A DNA stretch of 48,994 nt, counting the filler, from Sphacelaria rigidula (taxonomy: Eukaryota), in assembly GCA_964200075.2 (NCBI GenBank). It is 2 parts of 2 records of this genome, joined end to end, with 100 filler letters (N's around TTAATTAATTAA, not from the genome) between each part and the next. Parts side by side here need not be neighbours in the genome. Positions count along the whole stretch, not along the records: positions 1 to 24,448 come from CAXNAA020000203.1; 1 more part is not named here. One strand, 5' to 3'. Made by a program: the position numbers and the translations under genes. This document shows, in pieces, positions 1-12,666 of the stretch. Each line of letters opens with the position of its first letter. Position 1 is the stretch's first letter. Under the pieces are notes generated by a model, which saw only the letters and a program-made list of their open reading frames with translations, did no database searches and had not been told where the DNA came from.

Positions 1-72
1 TCTCGAAAGGGATGCGTGGTCAATGATCACACGACTAAGGCAAGCAACAAATGAGTACGCCCCCCCCCCCCT
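1..72 (+). mobile_element. 3' terminus of a second copy of the same LINE family
   Basis: tctcga...gcgtg.tca.tg.tca...gactaa.gcaa.caacaaa..agt plus poly-C aligns with 7978-8050. Confidence 0.6.
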
Positions 73-872
73 ATCGTAGGATGACTCCTACGTATGTGTT
101 CGCAGTCTCAATTATTCTCAAGGGGGTGCTGGCCCAACTCGAAGATATCGTGTAGGTGTTGTGATATTTGTCCCAAAAACCCCACGTCCCTCAGTCGTGG
201 CACAACTCTTGTAGAATCTTGCGCAGTAATTTGACTGGTTGGTTGGTTGACCGACCGATTGATCGATTGACCGATCGATTGGTTGTGTGTCGCACATCAA
301 CTCCCCCTTCAGGTATCTAGCCGTCGTCGCATGATGGGCGCACCTGAGATAAACATAACGGAAGCACTTGCCAAAGAACAGTGAAGAACGCAGAAAGGAA
401 GAATAGATAGAAAAACCCAGAGTAAACTGAGAAAAAACAGAGACAGAGAATAACTGGAAAGGCCGGCCTCTGCAATGACTTGAGGTGGGAAAAGTCTTGC
501 GCCAACGTACATGCACTCATATCCTATGGAAGAAACTACAAGCCTTGAGGACAGATTATTATTATTAGATTACGGGCTGTACATGTTTTCCACACTGTTC
601 TAGGGTGTGAGCTCTCACTCATGAACCCTACGGAAGCGAGGCACACAAACTGTGACTTGCATACACCGAAAGGAGCACACACACGTAGCGAGAGAGAGAT
701 GGGAAGGAAAAGAGAGAACAGAGAAGACAAAGACAATGGAAATGATTAAACTTTGTATCCTACACAACATTTAATGTCAGGACAATAGGTCGGTGGTGAT
801 ATGATGACGGGTTCGGTAGGTTTCTAGACTTCCCCTTCTTCCCCCGGTACTCTAATGCATCGCGGAATAGAC

Positions 873-1276
873 GCACACGCGGCCATTCAGCTACCCCCAT
901 AAACATCCTCTATCGTGATTTTCATCCTCTCGAGAGCAAAGCGACCCTCTGGAGGATAAAAATACCCTCTAGAGGGAACTTCATACTCAGTTCCGGTCAT
1001 AAAACGAATCCTCTGGAGGGCATCTGATGCTCCAGTGACTTCTGAGGTCTGAATCCCTCGAGAGTAACAAAAAATATGGTGCCCTGGAGGGCTGCGCATC
1101 CTCCAAATTCCTCTAGAGGGTGCGCGGCCCTCCAGAGTCCAATCAAGCCTCTGGAGGCGTTCGACCCCACCCCTCTGGAGGGCCGCGCACCCGCTAGAGG
1201 CCTTTAATTCCTCTGGAGGCTCGAAAAGATGACCAGAACAGAGTATTTTTGGGGGTAGCCGAATGGCCGCGTGTGC
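873..1276. mobile_element. MITE with ~27-bp TIRs and internal CTCT(G/A)GAGG repeats
   Basis: gcacacgcggccattcagctaccccca ... tgggggtagccgaatggccgcgtgtgc, 1 mismatch. Confidence 0.8.
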
Positions 1277-2217
1277 TTATCACAGAAAGGGTTGCTGGCT
1301 GTTATGTACCACATGCATATTCATCTCAACCTTGACGTGCAGCAGCAGCGACCTATGGGAGTTCTTGTAAGGTCGCGATACTGACGTGGATACATATGGT
1401 ACAGATGAAGGCGCCCACTTTGTTAGCATAATGCAACACTATATTTAATACATAGATCACTACTTAGCCTTGCGACAAGTTAGGCCATGACGTCTTGACT
1501 GCAAACGCGCTACACGTCGATCCGTAAGCATCCAAGAGGGAACTCGTGATACGAGAGGTATTGGGTTCACGCTATACGTGTGGATCGTGTGTGTCGGGGT
1601 TCTATGTGCTGTTTGTGGGCGGTTTAATAAAAGGATTTGGCATAATACGCTGAAACTGGGGTATGAAATATGCTTGGCAGTAGTAATCGACATCACAGAA
1701 ATTTCTCTTCAACAGGAACTGCGCCACTCAGCATCAAGGGTGTGTCTTGGCAAAAATAATGGCATCCGAATTACGATCGAAAATAAATAGAAAGCTGTGA
1801 TAGCCCCACTGCTCTGAACCGCAACCTACTGCTTTCGAATTTTCGAGCACGAGGAAAGTTTATGCATTTTATGGAGTGTTGTCTTGATAAAAAACAAAAT
1901 CGCATCGAAATAAAAGTGCTGCGACTGGCTGCTTCCCTGATCCGCAACAAAAGTGCTCGTATTTATTAACCCCAGAAAGATTCCAATTCTCGCCTGAATT
2001 CGAAAAGTTGAACCGCATTCAGCGAACGACAGAAAACAAGATCCAACAAGGAGCGTAGGAACAGATAGCGATCGCCTTCTGTGAAATCCCAGCGTATATC
2101 AATTTTGTCCCACCGCGTTTTGGAACGGCTCAGTTCGATTCATCATTGAGGTTTGGATTGTTGTTCGCAACGTTGACGCTCCCCGTGAACCCAATCCGCA
2201 ATATCGGAACTAGAAAT

Positions 2218-2368
2218 CAATTTAGATTTAGATTCGGATGTAGATTTGGATTTAAATTTGGATTTGGATTCCGATTAGGATTTCGATTCGGATTTCGATT
2301 TCGATTTGGATGTGGATATAGATTTAGGCTTACATTTGGATTTAGATTTAGGTTTAGGTTTAGGTTTA
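2218..2368 (+). repeat. Degenerate hexamer array (TTTAGA/TTTGGA/TTTAGG), continues at 3189-3243 beyond the MITE
   Basis: About 25 in-register hexamers read directly. Confidence 0.85.
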
Positions 2369-3187
2369 GGGCCTGTCTCAGCACTTTTCTTTCGATCGAA
2401 AAAATGAGGCGGTGGAATTGATTTGAGCGAAAATATCTCGTTTTGATGCAGTTGAGTTCGGATGGATTTTATGCTTTCGATCGAAAAAATATAGCGAAAA
2501 TCGTGAAACGGTACATAGTCACTCGTGAACAGTTCAGACAGTCTGTACTGTTTGAACTTCTCGCAAGCAGGGTGTCTTGAGTGCGTGCGTGCGTGTTTCG
2601 TGCAGGAGGATAAACAGGAGAAGCGGGCAACGTGCAGTGCAGACAGTCCAGGACTATCACTTCTCTCTGCTTACAATGCGACGTGAAAAGGACTTGAGCA
2701 ACGTGCAGTCTTGTAATGCCTGCACTGTCCATGAGCGTGCACGCAACTCGGTTGCCCACCGTACCACGCGGTTCCGTCCCTGATGCCTACCATGAGAGAA
2801 GATGCGCCAGTTTTCGTCAACAAAAAATAGACAAAGCACGCCCGACTATTGCAGTGTATATACCCCTGTGCTCAACTCCTGCTCTGTGCTGCAGGGTTGC
2901 GGTGGTAGCTGAGAATGAGTTGGATGGAGCTTCCATGGTCCTGTGAACAGGTGTTATTTGGCGTGGTGGTTCGTAAGATAGGAGTCAAGTGCTGCTGTGT
3001 GCCCTTCGAACGCATATTTTCGATCGAAAACGATTATTTTTACCTCGTTGCATTCTTCTCCGCGCGCCGCTAATTATAATTTTGAGTTACAGCCTTCAAG
3101 AAACACATTTGCGGTGGATCTGTCAGATCGACAGAAAAAAAATCGACCACACTCCTGCGATCGAAAAAAAAGTGCTAAGATACGCCC
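2369..3187. mobile_element. PIF/Harbinger (Tourist-like) MITE, copy 1
   Basis: GGGC...AGCACTTTT..TCGATCG TIRs, TTA/TCA flanks; internal homology to 43097-43642. Confidence 0.75.
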
Positions 3188-4060
3188 TCAGATTTAGATT
3201 TAGATTTAGGATTAGATTTAGGATTAGATTGGATGTAGATTTTCTCCAAGACACTCGAATCAAGTACCCACTGAAGTCGAAGATAAATATGGAGGCCAAT
3301 ACGGGTAAGCAGATGTGACATGTGGGTATATAAGTGCTCCATGCTCTTCCGCATTTTGTATCGTCGGTTTGACGATACTTCGATTGTTTTCCGCAAAGGT
3401 TTCACCTCCGTGGAATCAACTCGCCTTGTGGAAGTCGAAATTTCATCGCGATTTCGAATCCAACGTTTTGCCGAAACATGCCGCGAGCGTCATGTCGTGC
3501 GACTCGTTCTTACTGACCAATGAATAGAAAAAGGAGGGCATGTCTACAGCTTCTGGCATAGAACACGGATGGTGCCAGTCCGATGAATGGGAACATGTAG
3601 GCCAGCTTTATTCGCGTTTTTTTCAGATAAATAGCACAAAACCCCCTTGTTGCCATTCGTGACTGAAGGGGTTAGACTCACCCGAAGGAAACACTATTGC
3701 TACAAATACACGTGTCGGGCAACATTACCGAACGGGAGAGAATACACTTATACAACCGATAGCTTCATCGTTGAGTCATTGTAAAGTTGGCAATGGCATG
3801 CACCTTTACACTGACCGTACAGCTGTGTACTGCACTCTCTACAAGTTAAACGCTATCGACGTTTTCGGATTCCCGTCTCGACACATGTGGCGAAACACAG
3901 CGAAAAATATTGTCAAGCAAACATACCCGAAAAATATGCATCTTGGTTACTACCGTAGCGGCACACCTCAGCAATAGCATGTTCAGCAAGCGGACATTTG
4001 ATCATTGAACCAGCGAGCGGTCACTATTCACACGTCAACCTTTCCGTTCACGATCGATCA

Positions 4061-4122
4061 TGCCGGGACTCGAACCGCATATATTTTGTGAAGGGAGCGA
4101 GCAGTTTATCCATTGCGCTCAC
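4061..4122 (-). mobile_element. Degenerate tRNA-derived SINE head
   Basis: Minus strand TGAGCGCAATGG (A-box-like) and GGTTCGAGTCC (B box) at tRNA-like spacing; no intact cloverleaf. Confidence 0.4.
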
Positions 4123-5499
4123 TTCTTCAATGGGTAAACTGTTCGATTCCTGAACATGGTCAGCGTGTTCACTGCGGAAAAGCGTAATCACGGGCAACCT
4201 TTCTCCGTGCGGCATAGCTCCTGGGCCATGCAGTTTCGATCACTGACATTCCTTGTGGTTTGACGTCTTATTGCATCTTGAGCATCCGATCAATGAGGTT
4301 AAATGCTGAATTCTGTGCTGCTCACGGTATGCAAACATACTTCTTCATGGATACGGGGACGAATGACCTCATATACTCAAGAACCGAATCAGCCTGCCGT
4401 AGAAATTGACCACTCGTTTCATCGCTCCTACCTAACTCCGGCTGGAAAGCGAGACTTTGGCTGTAGTCGTGGCTGGGTTTAGTCGTAGAAAACCTTGGTA
4501 CATCGCACCGAGGTGTGTGCTTACTCGACGACACCACGTATTCTGTCATAGAGTACCGCTTTTCATTAACACCGTGGAGCTACACCAGCTGCTGTAGTTT
4601 GTGGCAAACCATCCGTTCTTGACGCTGACGACCGGTATTTCGTGGACTGCTTACAACCATTGAGTACGGTAGGCTTCATTGCTATGCATATCCTCGAGAA
4701 TCTGATGCCAATTCTGGTACCCATAATGTCCGCGCCCACATGCCCCGGCTCTTTCCAATCCCCCCGGTACGATCTAAACTCGTCCGAGCGCCATTCCGAA
4801 ACTCTCTATCTGTCAATTTCTTACCCTGATACTGTGAAAAATGCAGGCACGCACGTTCTCAAGCTTACCATGTCCGCAGCTAGAGGTTGGGAAACTTGCT
4901 CCCCTGGAGCTCGATCAACGTAGCCCGAGGGGCTCAATGCGTCGTCTCAACGGCCGCTCCCAAAGTCCATGCGGTATGGGCCTAACGGATCGGCGCGAAG
5001 GTCCACCGGAGGTACATACGGCCATTTGGTTTTGGGGGGGGGGGCTCTAGCCTAGCACTGTGTCGCTGGGTATGTTTGTGCGTCATTTACGGCTTCGGAT
5101 GCGCGGATCCCGGGTGATCTCGGGCGAATTCAGGTCCGACCACGGACGTGTGCTCTGTTCCATCGTGGTGGAAGACCCACGGTTATTGTCGACAGCGACA
5201 CAGGCATCGTCATTGGTACCTTCGATCGTACCACGTCGAAAGCACCCTGGTGTAGTCGTATTTGCCCATCTATTCTTGTTGCTAGCCACCGTCACACACT
5301 CTGTTTAGGGTGTACGTTTACTCACGGTAAACGCTCGTGTCAAAGAAGCCGGCGCGCATGCATGGGTAAGTGCGAACTCGGTAGAAGTGGTGCGCAACCA
5401 CACCTATGCTGCTCGTGAAACCACCCGCCTGGCACACATACGGGTGGGTCTCACGTTATGAAGAAGACCCTCTGCTCCCGGAACGATCCGGATCCCGGT

Positions 5500-8050
5500 A
5501 TGGGCAAAGACGAAATGCAGAGGCATCAAAACGGAAGATAGTGGTTCACAAGAATTGCAGAGAGAGGTTGGACACAAGAGAGGAAGTAAATGAGTGTGTG
5601 GCTCAACTCAAGAACAGAAAGGCAGCAGGGGCGAACGAAACATTTAATAAATTTATGAAGCACGGGAGTACGGTTTTGGTTACCGTGGGAATCTGGGAAA
5701 CCAAGTACATACGCAAGAGGTGGAGAGAAGGAGTAGTAGCAAAACGTTTCAAAAAAGCAACCCAGAATAGCGCGGGGAATTTTAGAGAGATGACGCTACT
5801 ATTGTAAGCACGGGAGGGACAACAATCTGTGAGATTCTTAACGGCAGAGCGGAAACGATGGTAGAGAAGGAAGAAAATCAGCGAGAGACAAGTAGGGTTT
5901 AGGCCAAAACGTAGCCAGATACACCATGTGTACTATCAGGTAAGACTATTCAAGGCACTGTAGGAAAGACGTGGAGCTAACAATTGGTTGCTTCGTTCGA
6001 GACGTACAGAGAGCCTATTTAACAGTATGGAAAAATGGGTTGTGGAAAAACATGTGGGAAACCGGGATCAGAGGAAATATGTGGAGAATGGTGAGAAGGA
6101 TGACAGTATGTAAGAGCCGATCATCGATGTTGAGAATGAGGCTTTTCATTGAGGATGAGAACCCATAGGATTCAAATAGTCGTATCCATACCAAATCTTC
6201 GAAATATGGCTCCGTTCCTTCACTTACTGGTAGCTATCGACAACTGCTACACGCCCTACAAAGTCGGGGTGAAAAACCAACTTCGGGAAATTTCGACCAT
6301 CTAATCGGATCACTTAATTTTGGGCCCCAAAATGTTTTCTTCATCTAGGACCCCAATATTTCGGTTTTCGAGATTCAAATTTGTAGAGCGTGTAGCAGTT
6401 GTCAATAGCTACCAGTAGGTGAAGAAACGGAACCATGTTCCGAAGATTTGGTGTCGATAGAAAGTTCATCCAATTGGTACTCATCCTCAATAAAAAGCTC
6501 CATCCTCAATTTCGATGGTCGGCTGTTGTGTGGGGGAAGTGCGATAATGCCGGTTGGCGAAATATCAAACAATGTTGCTATTTTACAAGGAGTTGCACAA
6601 GCGTGAGCGTTGTCACCCACCCTATTCAAGGTAGTCATTAATGCAATAATAGTAGCAGTAGAAGCAGCAAAGCAAGGAGTTCGGGTGGTAAAGATACGGC
6701 ATTGAGATTGATGTTTGCGGATGGTTTCGCGGGGAATCAGGAACACCAGAAGAATCCAGAAACAGATAGAGAAGGCGCTACAATACGCTAGGAAATGGCA
6801 AATGGCAACGATCGCAAAAACATGCGCGGTACTTGTATGTAACGAAGATCACAAAAAATCTGGTAGAGTTCAAATGTAAGTGGGGAGCGGAGGAACTGCC
6901 GATCGTAGACCAGTATACATACCTTGGCGTAGATATCTCAAAAACTATTCTTGGGATGCACATATAAATAGAATAAACAAAAGGATAAGGCATATAGAGC
7001 TCTATGGACGAGACGGATGTGATCCTGAGGGACTCGCGCCTCGATCCTGGGATTGAGATATATATTCTGACGAATGTGACTGTACTGAAGCTAGGATATG
7101 CAGAAGATATATGGGAAGGGGACGCGAAGTAGGGGTACCAGCTGGACACAGTACAGATGACAGCTGCAAAGAAAAAGCTTGGATGCTCAAAAGCGACGAG
7201 AAATACAGTATTGAGATCAGATTTGGGAATGTACCACTTGAAATAGATGAAGACCGGAGAAGGTTTGAAACGGCAATTTAACTTAAGGAGCATGCCAAGA
7301 AACCATGTCAAGCCACAGTTCATAGGGCTGCATGGAAGAAAGTAACGGAAGGGTATCTGGAATAAGGTGGGATGGCGTGGTCGAGAAAATATAGAAGGAT
7401 ATAGGAGGAAACCAAGACGAGAGAATGACCATAGGTGAATGTCGTGTATACAAGATAAACGTAGAATCGTGATAGAAATAAGGAGAAAACAATCACCAAG
7501 GTGGAAGGTAGACGGGGAAGAGCACCTGAAGATACTTGTGGGGTTGGCAGGAGGGATAGGGATGAAGACATATCTGCACGGCCCAATGGACTACGCGGAA
7601 AATTGAAAGTGCGATTTCGGATGGGGCACCTGGAACTGTTAGAAAGAAGCAAGAAGTACACCAATAGTCGGGGGGAAAAGCAAACAAATGCACAGGATTG
7701 CTCCTGTGGTGAAAACAAATAGAGAGTAGAACTCATACACACGAGAGAGGACGAGACGTGTCAGAGGGAGAAATGTGGGAAGTAAACGCAGGCGGCATGA
7801 AATCGTTTGGTACATCAGATATTAGTGAGAAAACGATCGCTATGGTAGGAGATAGATGGTGGACACAGACAGTGCAACACGAAAGGAATAAGACTCGTGA
7901 AGCTTTGTGCAATGTGTGGAAGAAGTTTAATGGGCCCAATGGTGGAAGGTGTCGCTGGGAGTAGGAACGGTACTACGTCTCGACATAAGTGGACGCGTGT
8001 TCAGTGGTCAAATGACTAATGCAACCAACAAAATAGTCCCCCCCCCCCCC
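5500..8050 (+). mobile_element. Decayed non-LTR retrotransposon (LINE), reverse transcriptase and 3' end
   Basis: Frameshifted RT motifs EEV...LKNRKAAG, QVGFRPKRS, DVQRAY.TVW.NGLW..MWETGIRG.MWR, QGVAQ..LSP.LF, LMFAD and YTYLG; purine-rich; ends in a C-run. Confidence 0.88.
6112..6527. mobile_element. Foldback/MITE with ~150-bp imperfect inverted arms, inserted into the LINE RT
   Basis: 6112-6262 is the approximate reverse complement of 6378-6527; RT homology resumes immediately afterwards. Confidence 0.8.
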
Positions 8051-11000
8051 CGTCCCGGAACGATCCGTGTGTGTAGCGTACCCAATGCTCAGGACTCGTG
8101 GACTTGCGATTCCTGCATTGATATGGTTTCTGTTACTCTCGCCAAGTTCTAAAGATCAGTCTTATCTTCTGTATTCATTAGCGGGGAATACCGGACTCCA
8201 CAGTCGAAGCCGAGGAGTGCGCTATCTTGGTACTTCTTGAATACGCAATACCTACACTTGGGCGTTGTAATGTGGCATTTCACATCGCCTACTCGCGTTC
8301 CCGGGCAACTACGTTTGTACAAAAGGCCATTTTGCTGACGCTTATTTTGCTCATGTATTGATGAAACAGATTGGCTTGTCGCTGCCTTCTGACAATGGCT
8401 CGAGCGCACGGAGTCTGTCTCCTCGGCTTCCTGCCATGAAGGCACCACCATCACCACGAAACGTGAGATTAGTTTATTGGGTGGGAGAACACTCTCGATG
8501 TGTGATTTTCCGCGTTCGCAGCCTACACGACCTCCTTTTCTCCCCGTGACCTCCGATGGTGAGACACTCATAAGACAGTGTGTAGTCCGCGTCTATTTCT
8601 GGAAGTGACGATACCAGAAACTGAAGCGACTCATTCGAGCTTGTCATCCATATGCAACATGACCAGTCCGCCTCGGGCCGAACACATCACGAAGCTTCCT
8701 GCCTGGTGATTGAGTGCGAGCCTGGTCCGGAGGAAACCCGGCGTGCTCCGTCCTGTCTTTGTACGTATGCGAGGTCAATGGTCATATGACTACGTCGAGC
8801 GAGATCATGAGTACACCCCCCCGCCCTCTGAGGCTGGTTGACGAAACATAGCTGTGTATCTGGACGATGACCGGTCCGAGTTATCTTCCGCAGAGAAGAA
8901 ACAAGCCGAACCCTGTCCACCTTGCCGCTACCTCGCATCAATTCATGCTTACATCGTTCAGTGGACACCCGATACAATGAAAATTGCCCAGTCACCTTCA
9001 AGTGTTGTCTATCGGGGTTTACGTCTGAAAATGATTTCCATCGCTGGCACCGAGCGTGAGGTGTCCAACGTATCGCACGTCGAACCAATCCCTACACATG
9101 CAGGACGAGGCACTGCCGGAGCTGTCACCCAGGGGAGGGGCCCGTCTCTCACGACGATCTCGAAGCATGTCACCTACATCCACGAAGAGACCCTCGGCGA
9201 CAGATTTCCTCTCGCCGATGCAACCTGATTCCAGGGGTGCGGGCATCGGAACACGCAACAGCCTTTTGATGCGTCCAGACGCAAAAGACTCGGACCCAAC
9301 AATGACTGGCAGTCAGTATGACGCAGCTGCGTCGGCAGGGAAGGGGGAGCGTGGGCACAGAAATTGCGTGACGGGGCGGAAGGACGGGAGGAGTACGCTT
9401 GATACACGATGCCGTGAGTCAGAGAGATTGCCTGATGGAAACGCCGGGCGCAGCACCGACCATTTGCCCCAGCCTAAGTGAGGGATTTTATAGCGCAAAG
9501 ACAGAACCATGAAAGTGACATGTACGTCGCTCGACGTAACGTGAGGAAATTCAACTGTACTTGCAGCAAGACGAGAAGTGTCTTGGCCGGGTGTGGTATA
9601 TCCAATTTCGGTGCTCCACTCGAGTGCGGTGATGGATGAGCTTTTGCCAGCTTAATGCTGATAACTCACTCTTTAGTTTCGTGGGGGGGCAAGGCTGTCG
9701 CCCGAAGAAGAGGTTGGTAGGTTGAGTAGATTATGTGTCGGTGCGAAACTCCATCGTGATGATGACCGGCCTTTTTCAGCACACGCTCTGATTCCGTGGG
9801 CAGACAGCATTGTCGTCTGAAAAAGAGGTCGGCATCGATGCTCTCACTGAAGCGGGTGGTCGTGGGACGCATCGATCGCAATATTTGAGAAGCTTATGTT
9901 TGGGTTGTTACATTGGCCCCTGCGACATTTTTTGCTCACGGTTGAGAGGGGCAGACTGTGGAATTAGCGGCAACCCTCCGTAGACGTATGGGTGTTGGTG
10001 GCGGCCAAAGTTGGCGCTGTACATGGCTTTACAATACGCCTGAAACGGAGGAGACATCAACACTATGTTTGTTTCCGTATATCTCCGAAGTTGGCAGTGC
10101 ATCTGACGAAGGATATGTAATAATTTAGCCTCAGGTATAAGTAAAATTATGATTTCCCGTCTCGTGTCGCATTGCGGTATTTCTGTGTTCGTGCCAAGAC
10201 AACATTGATGTTTTTGCAATTCAGGTCATCTTTGTTGCACAGCAACGTTCGTGAGTCAGATTCCAGCCAGTTCGTTTTCGTATGTACCTATTTCAGCCAC
10301 AATGCTCAAGGATGAATCGACAAATCCGGGAATCGCTTTCCTTCGGGACTTGTCCCGCAGGTCGTGCTCCCCTTCGCGTACAAGGAAATCAGGAGGATCG
10401 TTGGGTGAAGACGCCAAACTCACGGGAAGATCGGTTTCCACACGCCGAGGCAGCAGCGGAAACCGAACTGAGGCGCAAAAACGCCCTAGTCGGCCTAGCC
10501 TGGAAGATTTGGCTGCTGTAACAAGGAGGGCCAGTCGGCACGCGGAACATGACCTGTACGCGATGGTGCAGGAATCCTCTGCGTCCGTCGTGCGTGGTGA
10601 TCGTGTGTGCGATGATGCGAAGCAAGCAGCAGGGAGAGCGGAAGGTGCTCTCTCCCGATCTAAAGGTAAAAAGCCTAATTCATGCGTCTTGTTCGTTTGA
10701 CAAAGTGGAATATTCTTGGTGCCGTACCCCAGAACCGCTGGAGGTTTCTGTGTGCCGGGGATGGGACGATTATCGCACACGGTTGTGTCCATACCTGCTG
10801 CACCTCTGAATCAGCCGCGTTCCATTCGAAATGTGTAGCAGAGATTGCGGACATCTACATTTTGTGAATGTCCTTCGTGTTCGCTGAGTAGCACGGTAGT
10901 CGGCACGAACGTGGGGTTTGAATACCTCCTCGCCTCGACGCCTAGTTAACTTCGAGCGTGGAGGGTGCGAACGCAAGACGTTTCGATACACTCGCCGTAT

Positions 11001-11419
11001 CTCGAGAAGAAATGTGTTCTCACAGAGTACGTACCTCCCCCCAGCGCAACGCCGTCATGCGCTAGTCGCCTGACTGGCACATCTGACGCCTGGCAGGGTG
11101 GGAAGTTGAGGGATCGAATCCGCAGATGGTTTGTTTCTCTGAGAAGTCAAGTTGTTTGTCGTTGGAAGCGTGCGAGTGCGAATAGTAACGACATCTGGCG
11201 ATAGTCAACAGCGTGCGGGAGTAGTGGTCCAGTCCCCGGTACAAGCATGCCTGGTATTTGTCGGGGGAGAAAGAAGTTGAACCTGTGAGGCTACGTCCTT
11301 GTCCCAAAGACGGTGGGAGGGAGTAAACGTGCGACAGGAATGAACATACCGGACCGGTCGGGAGTCACTGTCCCAAGGCTGTAGCTGAAATTTTCGACAC
11401 AATCTTCCTTACAATACTA

Positions 11420-12312
11420 GCTCCGTCTGAAGTATTTAAGCTCCATGTGGGATATGGACGACCGCCTACGATACCCATCTGTGTGGATATATGGATATTC
11501 GGTGCATCTGAGGTATTCATCTGAGGCATTCATCTGAGGCATGAAAGCCGAGGTATTCATCTGAGGTATGGAAGCCGAGGTGTTATATCCATGCGGGACA
11601 TCTGTCTGGAACCTTGTCTCTACCTGAGACATTCATTCCGGACCTTGCGTATACCGGGGACGTTATTCTGGACCGCCCGTCTCTACCTATGTAGCGCGAA
11701 GGTTTGTCAGTTCCGCCAGTGTACCCTGCCCTATGCTCTACTTGCGCATATTGCACCCCGCTCTACCAGCGAACGCTAGCTGTAACGAATATCCTACACT
11801 ACACACTGCATGGCGTGGTAAATGTCCACTCTGAACTAGATATGCGAACACCGGCGCACGAGTTGCCCACGAGTCTTCTCAAGAGAGATGGATACGGATG
11901 GGGATTTGGGCTGAGATCGGTCTTTAAAAACACGTGCAGAGAAAGAAAAAAATAACCGATAAGCGAAAGTGCTCCCAGTAGGGGGCATGTTCGTGTCGGA
12001 CGACCACGTCCTACTGGAAGTCCTCGGACATCCCAGGGTCAGATGGATACTCCAGACGGATGTTCACGGCCTAGATGAAAGTTGTAGAGGAAAAATCATT
12101 TCCCAGACGAATATTCCAGGTGCGCGTCCCACGATGATCGATTGGTTATCGCACAGTACCTGATCCACTACGAATCTAGGCGTGGGCACAATACAGACGT
12201 ACGAAAGGCAAAATGGAACACTCACAAACGAACTCGAAGAGAGGAGAGAATGTGAAGAAAACCAGGGAACAAATAAATGCAGCAACGTGGGATTGAAAAC
12301 AACAACAAGAAT

Positions 12313-12355
<43 letters not shown>

Positions 12356-12357
12356 CC

Positions 12358-12413
<56 letters not shown>

Positions 12414-12666
12414 AAGGATCGTGGGATAACTTAGATCGATATCCCATGGAGATCATCATACTCCAGATGTAGACGCACAATCCTCCAGGATATCCCGAGA
12501 CGATTCCCATATCGCAGATTGGGATTCTTCCACAGGAATATCGCTATCTCAGATGGAAATCTCGAGTAGGCCTCAGATCCTGGATACAAGTCCCGCATAG
12601 ATCTCCATTCGCCCAAGGGGTGTCTATCTGGGATATACCGGCATCCCAGATGGATCTATTCCCCAG
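11420..12666. repeat. Degenerate CATC-N-AGATG / ATCTGGGA repeat family (blocks ~11420-11640, ~11975-12170, ~12415-12666; also 17550-17825)
   Basis: Recurrent catctgagg, ccagatg and atctggga motifs. Confidence 0.55.
12297..12413 (+). repeat. (CAA)n microsatellite
   Basis: About 38 units with few interruptions. Confidence 0.97.

Noticed and set aside
2146-2421. FR/FG-repeat ORF
   Set aside because: Translation of the hexamer array.
8787-9059. Multiple in-frame TGAs read as selenocysteine or recoding
   Set aside because: They come with frameshifts and an apparent deletion in the PH fold, so pseudogenisation is more parsimonious.
12064-12510. Poly-Val, poly-Thr and poly-Leu ORFs
   Set aside because: Artefacts of the (CAA)n microsatellite.
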